From Spirogloea muscicola (Eukaryota): a stretch of DNA of 64,000 bases. Positions within the stretch are counted from its first letter, which is position 1, and every line of letters starts with the position of its first letter. The position numbers were made by a program, and so were the translations under genes. Positions 23,327-35,652 of this stretch are shown here, one piece after another. The stretch is taken from the NCBI GenBank assembly GCA_009602725.1, contig WELB01000007.1, forward strand, positions 1,316,310 through 1,380,309, read 5' to 3'. The notes beneath the pieces were generated by a model, which saw only the letters and a program-made list of their open reading frames with translations, was not told the DNA's origin and made no database searches.

Positions 23327-25169
23327 ATGTCGGGCGCCACGCTGGCGGCGGGGGCCAAGCCCATCCCGCCGAGGATCGGGGACCCGATGGTGGGCACCCG
23401 GCGGCCGCCGGACCAGATGGGCGGCCTCATGGGGTCGCTCACCTTCATGCAGCTCCAGATGATCTCCTTCATCGTCGTGCTCGCCGCCTCCGGCCTGGTG
23501 CCCATCGAGGACCTCCTCTTCTTCGCCGGCATCTCCGTCTACATCATCATCCTCTCGCGCCTCTTCTTCCCACCGGCCACTGACAACCCCGCGCCGCCCG
23601 TCTTCGAGGTGTCCTTCCCTTCCTCTGGTCACCGGAATGGGCGCCCCCTCCCCTGGCTCGGTGGTGCTCATCAGAGCACACTCAAACATGGCCTGTTGCC
23701 GGCGCTACTCTTAGTGGGCTGGCTGACTTGCTGGCTGGCTGGCTGTCAAGCGGCGTCACACCCGCTCGTGGCGGCACCCAGCCTCGTGGAGCGTTCTTGG
23801 TCCTGCTTGCTCAAGCCCGTCTCACCCGTCACCGTGTCTGCTCTGTGGCAGGGGAACCTGTTCTTCCGCGGTTATGTCTCTGTGGGAGCCATCGTTGGCC
23901 TCTTCCTCCCCATGGTGAGCGCTTGGAAGACTTCTCTGGGCCATGTCGTCTCTTGCGCAGCACTCGTTGATCATCCACCTCCGTTGCACAACACAGCACA
24001 GAAAGCCTGAGCTGATTGCACAGCTGGGTGCAAATGAGCGACGTGTTGCGCCAAAGCTGCCCTGGTTGAAACAGCTCTCCCAGATTGTGAATATGCTTGG
24101 GCAAGGAGGCTAGGAGGCTGCATAGAGCCAAGCCAACGATGCAAGAGCCCCTCCTGTCAATGCAGATGACGCCTGCTTGAGGACATACAATCAGGCATTC
24201 TGGTTGGTGTTCAAGTGACGTGTCAGAGCAGCAGCGTTGCCCGTGAAAGCCCCGTCAAGCAGCTCCTGTCTGGTGTCGCCTGCAGGCATATGTGCTGGGA
24301 GGCTTTACCAGGGGCGAGCAGAGGGCGGTAAAAGCGGCAACCCCGCCGCTTTTCTTACTTGCCTGCCAGGTCTGCACAGTGAGCTGCAGTTGACCAGCTT
24401 AGAGCAGAGCCACAATCCAGGCTGCTGCCATGTGGTAGTGGCCACCAATGGCTGGATGCACGGTCACACATGCCATTCTCTGTTATTGCTGTATCCATGG
24501 ATGATTTCATGAGTTTTCCTCACCTTCGCTTGCAGATTTTCACGGAGAATCTCATAAGCGGCCTCAGCATTTTCTCCTTACCCGTTCGCGCACTCGTACC
24601 AATGCTTTACAACACACGCCGCCTCTTCGCAATCTCTGAATGGGCCAAGCAGGCACGCTTCTCACTTCTTAGCAGTTGATCAAGCCACAAGCTTTGTCTC
24701 TTGGCGCGAGTTATGCGATATTCGAGTGCATGACACTTGGGTCTATGCTCCATAAATTTGGCACGTCAGCTCATGGTTACCAGCAACAAACGTCATAGGT
24801 CGTGGATACATGCACGAACAATAACACGTACTCCGCTGGCTCTTGCAGACCTTTGCACGGGATGTGCCAACCGGGCACCCAGTGAGCCCCGATGTGGGGT
24901 TCCCACTCTTTGGGCGTGCGCTGGCGCTTGCCAACCTGGTATTCTGGGCCTTCAACCTCTTCTGCTTCCTCATCCCCATGTTCCTGCCACGTGCTTTCCA
25001 GCGGCACTTTGAGCTGCAGCAGGAGGCTAGGGAGCAGAGCGCCAAGAGTGATGCCGAGCCCCGTCGTAACGACAATGGTCAATTGCCGGAGAAGAAGGGC
25101 TTTCTGGGTGGCTTCATGGGCAGCAGTGCCAGCACAGCCACTGACACTGATAAGATCAAATCAACTTAG
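23327..25169 (+). CDS. Plant-conserved multi-pass membrane protein of unknown function (resembles Arabidopsis At1g27990/At5g52420 family), 5 exons
   Basis: MGGLMGSLTFMQLQMISFIVVLAASGLVP, FRGYVSVGAIVGLFLPM, AYVLGGF...SGNP/ATPPLFLLACQ, IFTENLISGLSIFSLPVRALVPMLYNTRR, FGRALALANLVFWAFNLFCFLIPMFLPRAF. Confidence 0.8.
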
Positions 25170-25690
25170 ATAGTGCTTTGAATTCATGTGCTGTGCGGTA
25201 GTGACAAAGGCATGCAAGCTTTGAAGTTCGCTTGCAGACAATCTTGTAAAATGTAAGATGCAGTAAGCTTGACTGCGCCTCCTACCCATGTGTTCTGGTC
25301 AGTGTATCAATCTAGGAGGGCCATTCTAGTTTGCCGAAATTGTAGACCTTCCAGCTACCCAGCAGGATGCACTCTATTACCAGGTGTTGCAGTTTTTGCT
25401 ACGTTGTGATCCTCAGACAACAGGTCTTCATGGCTAGGCCTCTTCTGTAATAAACCGGTGTTTCAACACCAGTGCTGCTTGTTTGATGCGGTTTAGCACA
25501 CAGGTACTAAAAGTACCACAGAAAAAGGTATCACAACTGGAAAGTACCACAATGTCCTTGGTGCAAAGTCAGAGCCATAGCTTCGACATTGACATCACAA
25601 TCACGAATTAAGTTGCAATGCAAAAGCATAACCATTCAGCTCCTCGTCTTTGTGTTGTCGTGCTGATATTGGCTGTGATGTGAGATCATG

Positions 25691-28600
25691 CTATAAACGG
25701 CTTTGCCGTGTCAATGTGCCTGTTTGACGATCCGACTTGTGAGCTAGTATGTCTCCAAGTTCGCGATCTGACAAAAACTTAGCCAAGGCAGTTCCTTTTC
25801 CATTGTCATCTGAGGGATGGGAAAACCACCGTGGTGTTTTAGCTAAAGGTGGAAGAAGAGCAGGAGGTCGAGCAGCCATGGCCCAAAGGAAAGAAAGTTC
25901 CTGATCAGGATTGTCTAGGAGTTGTAGTAAGCTTGTGTCCTGAGCATCTGCATTCAAGACAGATTATTACGAGTGCAAGTAACTTAATGCATAAGTATAG
26001 ACTTTGTGCAAATCAACTGAGTCATGCATCTGTAATTCCAAAGCAGTGCAGCATTCATTATGAAAACTTTGAACCATATAGTACAAAGAACACTGTGGCA
26101 ACATGGTGCCAAAAAGTACCTGTGTCTGCAAAACGGAAAATTAAGGCGATGACAGCACTTGGGTAGCTGAAGTTGAGGTGCGGTAATACAACTCCTCCGG
26201 CATGGCGAGCATTGCTGTTGCATAAACGGGCAGATACCGATGATGCTTTCCTCAGTAAAGGCACATGGGTTGGCGTTGGATGATTGTGAACTCCATGATC
26301 AGGTAGACACAAATAACGGGCAAAGCAACTGCACACTGCAACAGGCATTGAAAGGACTCAACAAGCTCGAATCCGGAGCCAACCTGGTCACCAAGCCAAT
26401 CATATGACCGCGAGCATCAACAACTGCCCCACCGCTGCACCCTGGTTGCACCATGGCTGTTGTCCTCAACATGGCTGGGCACTCATTCTCCCGCATCTGA
26501 TATTTGGGCGGAAGAATACTCCGGCCGGGCACCTGTGTCTTAGCCCAGACGACTTGGGCAATCACACCAGCTGTAATTGATGGGTGCAAACCTACTCAAA
26601 AGCACGGGTACGAGGACGTGTTAGCTCAAAATCAGAGAGCTATCCTGATGATGGTGAATGGAAGGTGAACAGAAGTAGCCACTTGTGTATAGATAATTCT
26701 GTTCCTGAGATCAAGGAAGCAATATCGACTACAGCTCTTGCAAAAGCTACAGTATTGTGATCATAAGAGCACATAAAGTTACCTGCAAGTGGCGCAAAGA
26801 GTCCGTGGCCAATGACAAAGGCCAGAGACCCCGGCCTCGGAGGCGCAAGCTCCGCTGCAATTGGAGCCAAGCCAGCGGGTGGATGCACTATCTGGAGGAT
26901 ACCCACGTCAACTGGGCCTTGTGATACGTGCACTATTCGAGCGTTGTACCAACCAGAGGCCTTGCTTGGAAAGTCAATGTGAACTTGTACATCCTGTGCT
27001 TCAAGCGGCCCTTCTCTTAGAACGGCGTGAGGCTGCACAGTCTTGTGATAGGAAGCGTGTCCACTGCAAAGGGAGGTGTTCGGAGGGTGCGATGAGCACT
27101 GCAGTGACTGGTATGCCTCTTGAGCATAAGCTTCGACAGGTGCTAACTTTCCAGCCAGCTGCGAAGCTGACAGGCGGCTCTTGCTTCTGAACCTCCATGG
27201 CTCAAGCAGGTGGGCGTTGGTCACTACGATGCCGCTCTGGCTCAATATCACTCCAGAAGCCCACGCTCCGTCTTTCGTGGCAATCATGACGACGGCTCTA
27301 CTAGCATTCTGTGCAGCCTCAGAGTCTAAGGTTCTACTGTGCTGCGCCGGACTCGCTGATAGCTCTTTGCAGTGGACATGGCCTCGTTGCCTTGAGGACT
27401 TCCGAGGGTCTAAGTCCGCCATGCTCTGTTTATTGCCACAAGTGCCCAATTCGCAAGCATCGCAACTGTGTGCAGCTTGGCCTTGTACGCCACCTCTGCT
27501 GCCCTGTGTGCTGACCAACTGCTTCATGGGGAAGGCAGGATACGAGAGAGTCTTCTCTCCTTGTAATGCAATGGACAAGGTTGACAGCCCTTCCATGATG
27601 ACATCTGAAGGTATGATGAGCTGCAACAGCCCAGCAAGATGCTGATGATTACCTTTCCTTCAAAGAGGCAGCAGAAGATTGGGTTCCTTAATCTCATCCT
27701 TAATGATCAATCTCCACTGTGCATAGGATGCCGAAAGCTGTAAGGACTGCAACTTGTGACATAGCAAATTCTTCGTCAGACCTTTACTTAACTTGGAGGA
27801 GTGTTACCTGCACTTCTGCTGAAGAGTCAACATGGTGTATTGGCTCCGTCATTAAGCCGATCACACTACCTTGGAGGTCGACAACAGGGCCCCCTTCCAT
27901 GCCTAGAGGCAACAGAAACATGCGCTGCCTGAAGTCAGCTCCACCAGTGACATCGACCAATTCTGCAGAGCTGCTGGATTAACGTAAGACGCAGCTGATG
28001 CCTAGTCAATCTTCAGAATGTCCAGCTGGTCTACAGAAAAGCAAGAGCCCTCTCAAGGTAAGGCATTCACTGTGGAAAGGCCAGCCCAAAAGGAACGAAT
28101 AAGGACCGAAAGGCCAGAATGTGGAACTAGCACAAAATACACTCTGTCACTTCTGCTGGTGGCATATAAGAGCTGGTAGCAAAGAATGCGAACCCGGTAG
28201 CGCACGGATGTCAGCGATGAGGAGAGCAAGTGATGACTCATGCTGCATCTTGTTCGACACGATTCCAGCTGCCACACTGTTAAAAGCACGTAAGTGATGG
28301 CACCTTAGTGAAGGCACATAACATCACGATTGCTGTACAGATCAATCAATAGCCCTTCAGACACTTGAGGCATTACAATTGTGGAAGCGCACCAGAGGCA
28401 TTTACAGGTGACATCATATATGGTGTTGGCAAGCAGGCAGCTGAATAGCAGCATATCGTCGCCCGTCTTGCAGCCAAATGGGCTGACTATGTATATTTAG
28501 AACGACTAGCTACAATAGCTCTTCTCAACAGGGTCATTTCCAATACCTTCACTACCTGTTCAAGAAGTGGCTCGATGACAAGACCCCGAAGGGAGAGCCT

Positions 28601-30831
28601 GCGATTGCCACAAATGAACCTCGCTCAAGGCCAGAGGCAGATGCCCAGCCCTGCAGAGCACAAAAATTGGCCTTCTAATTTACAGGATCTGTCTGTCGGA
28701 GCCAGGCCGTCTGCAATGTGAATTCATGCTGCAAGGTGCAATCCCTACACTGCGCTGGCACCAACAATCTAGCTCAAAGTACACCTTTGACAACGTCTTG
28801 CTCGACTAATGCGTCATTGCATGTTTGGGGGCTGGACTGTGCATTCATTGTGTGAACATACAGACCATAGCACTGCAAAGACTGGTAGTAGAAGTGGGAC
28901 TCCTGTCCTGGCCAATGTGTGCTGGAAAGCTCCCCTCCACTTGTAGAACGGCTAGTCGTACAGCAGACTCAGGAGAATGAGCACGTGCCTGGACATTCAC
29001 AGTGAATTTGTGAGGACCTGTTGCCCATGATGTGCATGCATATCCTGTCATCTTAGTTCGACTGCAACCGCTTGGAGCTCATCTTGAGATGATGGAGCAG
29101 CTACAACATTTCTTGCTGCAGACAAATATGAGGCACAACCTCTTCTGGAGGAGAACTTTGTGAAGAGTACGGTCTTGGCGTGAGCGACCATCCCAAAGCC
29201 CACACGTTGTTCTGTGATGAAATAAGAGTCCGCAGCGCCTTTGCTGCTCTTGGCAAGTCAACCTGCACCAGTAGTCCTACTTCGCTGAGAGGTGGCTTCA
29301 AGAGGTAGCTTCCAAAGGCAAAGACCTTTCAATGGCAAAGACTCACAACAGCGCTGTGCTGCTACACTGCAGGAACAAGCCTTATATGTCAACGTCATAC
29401 CTCAGCCCAGTTTGCAAGGTCCTCAAACAACTGGCTCATGACATTGTGTATGCCAGTTCAATTGCTCTTGAAGCAGAGTAATTGCTAGTTATTAGCATAG
29501 TCATAGTATATCTTGCTTGTAATCTACGTTCAGCTTGAGAATTACATAAGGAAGTGATTGCGGGTACAGTAACCAGAGTGATTAGACGCGCTGGCAGCTC
29601 GATAGCCCCATGCTTCTCAGCCTGATGAGCATCAAGCGGCAAAAGTCACAGGTGATCAGCAGCGTAAATCTGCGACTGGTCCTAGGGCCCTACTCTGACA
29701 AGAGCTAGCGTGTACCCAAAGCTTTCCACAGGATCAGCTAGGGTAAGACCATGTTGTCATTCGACTATGATGCAGCAGAAACCCTGTTACCAACATGCTT
29801 CGCGTTTATCACCTTCAGTAAAATGTGGATCTCCACCCCCGGTATGAGCTGGCCAGCGGCAGCCTCGGACTGCAGAACGGACGGTGCAATTCAGATAACA
29901 TTTGGGTGTGCAGCGTGTGTGCGGATGTTGCAAGTACTGAAGCACATGATGCAGGAAGGCCGGATTCACTATGTCATGGTCGAGCAGTGAAGGCGAGGAA
30001 GGCAATGAAGGAAAGGTCATCCCAGAGCGGAATTTACAAGCGAAACAGTGACAGCAAGTATGCGCATAACGTACATTATTCAAGGCAGGTAGGTTGCCAG
30101 GTTGCCTCAGGAAAGGATTCAGAGCGGAGGCACATGTCAGGACAAGCCTCGGTGAGTCCATCTTCTCACTGCCCTGGGAAGGGTTCTGACTGAAGTGAAG
30201 CAGGATCCCTGACGCTGAAAGAGATGTAGTCCCCGAGCTGCACAAGCAGCATAAGCATGTGAGACTCAAGTCGATGAGATCACGCTCAGCTGCACCTTCT
30301 CTACTGTCTCCGTTGCAGAAGCCACGACTTACGGGTCCCAAGCTTGCAATGTACTGCTCTACTGTAATGGGAAACTTGAGCCAATGGTAAAGTTGCTGGA
30401 ACCCTGTGCCTGGGAAGATAAGTTGAAGGAGAGAAAAGCCTTGGAAATGAAGGGCTACTCTAGCTGATCAAGAATGAGATTCTCTGACACATTGACACGT
30501 ACTAGAATTTTCAAGGTTGGTGCATACTCAGCCAGAAAGAAGGGCTGCCTCCTCCACTTCCTATCCTTGGGATCCTGCGCAGGAGTCCCCGACCGATCAG
30601 GAAGCAAATTAAGTGCGGCGTTGGACAGCAAAGGCAGGACATGACTTTCCACAGGCTCAGCCCAGCTCGGCGGGCGCTTGACGGCGAGACAGCACGCTGG
30701 TCCCACATGGTTCAGCACACTGGAGACAGCACACAACAGACACCGAGGCGATCGGCGAGGGCGGGCAGCGGCCCGGCGCGGCGCGGCTGGCCGGGCGGCG
30801 CAGGCTAGGTGCGGCGCTGGCTCACCGGCCC
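25691..30831 (-). CDS. DEG15: Peroxisomal/glyoxysomal processing serine protease DEG15 (TYSND1-like); first exon truncated at N join
   Basis: [24 protein letters not shown], first domain GMEGGPV, second domain WASGVIL...[11 protein letters not shown] (His), GPVDVGIL (Asp), [18 protein letters not shown] (Ser), IPHLNFS; C-terminal PTS1 SRL*. Confidence 0.92.
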
Positions 30832-30832
30832 N

Positions 30833-33800
30833 CTCCAGAGCCTCCCCCGTTCCTCCCCCTCCGACCACTTGTCTGCGCTGCCTGCCGCAGCGGGGCTGGC
30901 AGCTGAAAGCCCTCGGGAGACGCAAAGAGCATCTGCAGGGGCTGCTCAGTAAGGAGGTGGCGGGGGGCGGCCGCAGCGCGCGGCCGCTGAGCGTGGCCGT
31001 GCTGGGCGCCAGCGGCTTCACGGGCCGCTTCGTCCTCCGCGAGCTCCTGCGCGCCGCCCCCGACGAGCGCGCCCCCGGCGGTCCGCTCCCCGCCTGCTGT
31101 GCCTCTCCTGGACCGCTGGTGCCGGCTAGCGTCAGCCATGGTTACGATATCCCTCCTGGCGTGGCGGAGTATCGTTAGCCAGCGGTAGCTCTGCGGGGAT
31201 CTCTAAGCTCTCCCCGTGTCAAGCGCCGCTGACACTGACAGGAGCCTGCAGCTCCTCTCTCTGCTGCTCACCAGCTTGTCTCACGACCTCGCCCGCCGAA
31301 AGTGAGCTGATTGTGGCTTTCCTGCAGGGCGCCAGCTGGTTGTGGCGGCCGCCGGCAGGAGCCGGTCCAAGCTGGAGGCAGCCATTCGGTGGGCCGGTGC
31401 TGACATTGCCAATGTGCCGATGGTCATTGCGGACGTCGCCGACGCACGGTCGCTGGCTGCGATTTGCGAGCAGACCGACCTCGTCCTCAGCTGCGTCGGA
31501 CCCTTCCGGTGAGCATGCGGATAATTTGCTGTCTAACCCCCACCGCCTCTGTTAGCACAATGGATGCATGCAATGGCTGTGGCCACCTAGTTCTGTCGTA
31601 CAGAGTTTCTCTTCCAGCCTGTACAAGCCTCTCCCTCTGACTCGAAGGTGACTGTGCAACGATTGTTGCTGGCACGTAAGGGCTAAGGTCTCAAGAAGAG
31701 GAAGTCACACCAATATGAGTCCGGAGGTAGGATGTGACATGAATCCTCCAGAGGTCAGGACGTCGTGATGGCCACCTTAGAAGCTGATGAAGAGGCAGGG
31801 CAACGGACTGAGTGCAGCTACTACGGGGAGCCCGTGGTGAAGGCGTGCGTGGAGGCCGGTTGCGATTACGTTGATGTATGTGGGGAGCCGGAATTTATGG
31901 AGAGGATGGAGATCCAGTACCACGAGGCTGCGCAGCAGTCCAAATCGCTGATCGTCACTGCATGCGGCTTTGACTCCATTCCTGCAGACTTGGGTGTCAT
32001 CTTCGCTGTACGCTCATGGTTTGCTCGCTTGGGCACACTAGTGGTCTTGTATATTTTATGGGTCCTGGGACTTTGGTGAATCTCCTTGGTGAACTTGTGT
32101 GAGAATCTGATAAGCTCTGGAAGAAACCACCAATCCCATGAACGTCAACAAGCTGGCCTATGAAGCTCACCTGTCAAGGGCGAATTGATGAAGGTGTAGG
32201 TGCCATGCTCTGCCAAGATGGTATAGCATGATAGGCTTACTTCAGGTCCTAGATCAGCTCCTGACGACTTAGAATCGCCTGATGGGCCTTCTGTGCCTTT
32301 TGGCAGGCTCGACAATTTCCGCCATCTTCCATACCCCACAGCGTTGACTCCTTCCTGACAATCAAGGCCACCAAGTCATTTGAAGGGCACTTTGGCACAT
32401 GGGAGTCTCTAGTCCAAGGCTTTGCAAATGCAACCACTCTGAGGCAACTCCAAAGCGCGAATTCTTCCTAACATTACCTGCACGTTTTTCTCAAAACCCC
32501 TCTCTGTGTAGACATGATCAACCTGCTTCAGCTTGTGGCTCAGAAGAGGTCCTCTTATTGTCAGTGAGCTTGCACAAGTGGCCAAAATTTATTGCTTATA
32601 ATGTAGTGCTTGATCGTCCGGTCGGTCTCATAGTCCTCTGCTAGTGCTTGTGTAGCCCTAAGTCCATGCTCTAATCTATCTGCTATCCATGCTCTAATCT
32701 ATCTGCTAAGGATTTGCTGTACATGGTGGTTGGAGTACGCTACAGTCGCCCTTTACGAGCTATACCACTCCTACTTGCAGCAAGCACTTGTTAGCTTTCA
32801 AACTGCATACTCTGAATAGGAGTAAGCTGATTGTGCAGGAGGATGAGGGCGGCAAGGCCTTTACCTAAGGTAGTCTATCCAGGGCAGCCTGTCACGTGCA
32901 AAAGCAGACCGTACTTTGAGAGGCGGCTGCAATCCTGGGCCATCCCCTTCCCTGGTGCTGACGCCTTCGTAGTTCGGAGGAGCATACAGAGCATTGCCAA
33001 GATTTCAAGGGCTGTGCAGCAACCAAGAGACAGCAGGAGCATGGGGAGTACAATACTGCCTAGTGGAGTTGAGGAGGAGCTCCGCTTTAAGCCAGTCCAA
33101 TATGGAGCTTACTTCACGGTGCCCAGTCTCTGGTATCTGGCATTATTTATGGTCTTTGGATATCTGTTTCGCTTCCTGGTAACCTATGCTTGGGGCAGGA
33201 AGCTCCTGCTACAGTACCCCCGCTTCTTCAGCTTTGGACTCTTCAGCAGGCAAGGTTGCCATTTTGATCCAGTTGCCAACAGATTGCTTTCTCTGTGAAT
33301 AACCTGGGGAGACTTAAGTCTGATGAGGTACAGTGGCATCTAAGTGGCTCTGATGAGGTATGACCTGAGAACGACCTTAAATATGTCAAATGGCTTGGTG
33401 GCAGGCCCGTCACAGGAGAAAATTGATGGCACAAGGTTCTTCTTTGATTTCTTGGCGAAGGGTTACTCAAGTGCGGATCTGGCACAGAGACCAAATTCAA
33501 CTCCTAATCTCGAATTGGCCACTCGCTTAAGTGGCCCGGTAAGTTGTTGAGCTGGTGTTATAGCCTGCCCTCCACCAATCTTGTTGAGCTGGTGTTATAG
33601 CCTGCCCTCCACCGATCTCTGAGCTTGTATAGGAGCCGATTCATGCACAAAGCAGTGCACTGTGACAAGGGCACACTATTTGCAGGATGCCATCAGGCTT
33701 GCTGAGTTGCACATTTGTTGACCTTGAGTCTTTGCTGATCTTGAGTCTTCAATGCAGGAGCCTGGCTACGATGCAACGTCAAAAATTGTCGCCCAAGCGG

Positions 33801-33967
33801 CCCTCTGCATGCTAGTCAACAGGCAGAAGCTGGTCGCAGGTGGCGTCTACACTCCTGGGGCAATCTTTGCCTTCACGGACCTGCAGCAGAGGCTGCAAGC
33901 CAGAGGCATTGCATTCGAGGAGATAAGCAGGGTACAAATGGTGCAGCAAGCCTGCGACTCAACTTGA
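30833..33967 (+). CDS. SCCPDH: Saccharopine dehydrogenase-like oxidoreductase (SCCPDH family); start missing
   Basis: VAVLGASGFTGRFV (Rossmann), AAGRSRSKL, SCVGPFR|YYGEPVVKACVEAGCDYVDVCGEPEFMERM, ACGFDSIPADLG, GHFGTWES, GP|EPGYDAT. Confidence 0.92.
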
Positions 33968-34875
33968 GCCGATTGCACCAGCAGGCCTAGCGGCATGGAT
34001 GCTTGAGAAGCCCCCTGGTCCAAGCTTGCAGATGAGGCAAGAGTGTGCTGAACCTAGACGAGGATTGGATTGACAACGCGTGAGGACCTCCTTTCTGGCG
34101 CATTTTTGGACGCCAGCCGCCCCATTTGTGGGGGCATATATTGTCATTCATGTTGGAATATTTGTGTTCCATAGGGTCGAAAAATTTGGCAAGAGACCTT
34201 TAACGCTTTGTAGGTGGTTATGTGGGCCAGGGCGGGCTGGGGCTGGAGAATTTTGGAGGTAAGCGTTGGGATTGCTTGCTGGGAGCTGCCCAGAGGGTGC
34301 TGGATGGGCCAACAGCTTCCCTAGTGAGGGTGCCTTGTGGGTTGAATGAACTCCACCTGAAGCTGGAGATTGTGAAGCATGCCTGTTACATACGTTCTCA
34401 GCTTCAATATGTGCCATTGCTGCATGTGATGCATTTGCAGCGCAAGAGCTTCGCACTGCAAGTTTGCATGAGCACCTCCCGCTTGGTAAATCCTCTGCCT
34501 CTGCCTTGCAAACCTCGGAGGAGCTAAGAGCAGGAATGCAGCATGTGCTGCGGTATAGACTATAGCGTCATTCTCACAGCAAGCAATACTTAAGTCTTCG
34601 AGTCTTTAGCAGTGATGAATGATGCGGTAAGCACAGTAGTTGCGAGTTGCTGCTCCTGAGTTGTTCGAAGCTATTGTCAAGCTCGCGCTCTGCAGACCTT
34701 CACTGGATAGAGGAGCGCAAGGCCGGAAGTAGCCGCTCACAGCCATCGCATTCATCTGGAAGAGCTCTTTCCTCGCCGGTGTCTGCAGCCCGCAGCGGCC
34801 AAGCCACGCGGAAGGCCAGCAGGCAGCAAGGCGCACGTCGCTCAAAAGTCCTGGTAACGGGGCAATGAGCTGTCC

Positions 34876-35002
34876 AAGGGGACACTAACATCCTCGAGTG
34901 AGCACATACATATCTGACAGCTAAGCTGAGGAGCCAGACCACCGCCACGGAAGAATGTCCTCGCCCATTGAGGATAGGGGCTGGAAAAGCCAGCCCAAAA
35001 AA
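34876..35002 (-). mobile_element. RLE 3' stub abutting a type-B repeat
   Basis: 34876-34953 is a near-identical reverse complement of ~5577-5655; 34961-35002 is an intact type-B core (ttttttgggctggcttttccagcccctatcctcaatgggcga on the minus strand). Confidence 0.85.
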
Positions 35003-35652
35003 GCATGAACGGAGCGGTCCATAAGCTTGGCCTGATTCACGCCCAGCACGCCGGTGTATCGCGACTGCCTGGAGCGCTGCAGACCCGACGATAACCGCAT
35101 TCTATCGGCGTCCGGCCAGTGCTGCGATCGGCGGTGCCACGACGGAATCGATTACCGGCTTGGGGTCACGTGCCCAGCCCGGGGCCCCGCCGCAGGTCCC
35201 CATTGGGCCTGCGGCCATTGAGGGCTCGTGCGGAGCCCGCCAGTGCTTTCCTTCCCCGCCGCCATGCATTGGGCCAGCCCTCGCCCGCCGGGATCTTCCC
35301 CCCCCGCGGCCGCCATGGCCGCCGCTGCTGCCGCCAGGGGCCGGCCGCAGGGCGGCCCGGCAGCCCCCGCGCGGCGCCGCGGTAACGGCACACGGAGCTT
35401 GCCGCCACCCCAGCCTCGGCGCCGTGCGGGAGCCCCATGCCCCATCACAGCCGCCGCCATTGCCAAAGCCCATCGTGGCGGCAGCGGCAGCCCGTCGGCC
35501 CGTCTCCTCAGCGCGGCTTCCGCCGCCACACGCGTCGTGCCTCGTCGGGCTCTCAGCTGCAGAAGGCCGAGGCAGCCTGGCAGCTGCTGCCAGCAGCCGA
35601 CGCGCTGCGGAGTGGAGAAGCCCAGGCATCGGGAAAGCTTCGCGCTGAGGCA

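Noticed and set aside
32663..33617. Intronic tandem duplications (23 bp x2 at 32663-32708; 37 bp x2 at 33544-33617)
   Set aside because: Real but ordinary slippage duplications in introns.
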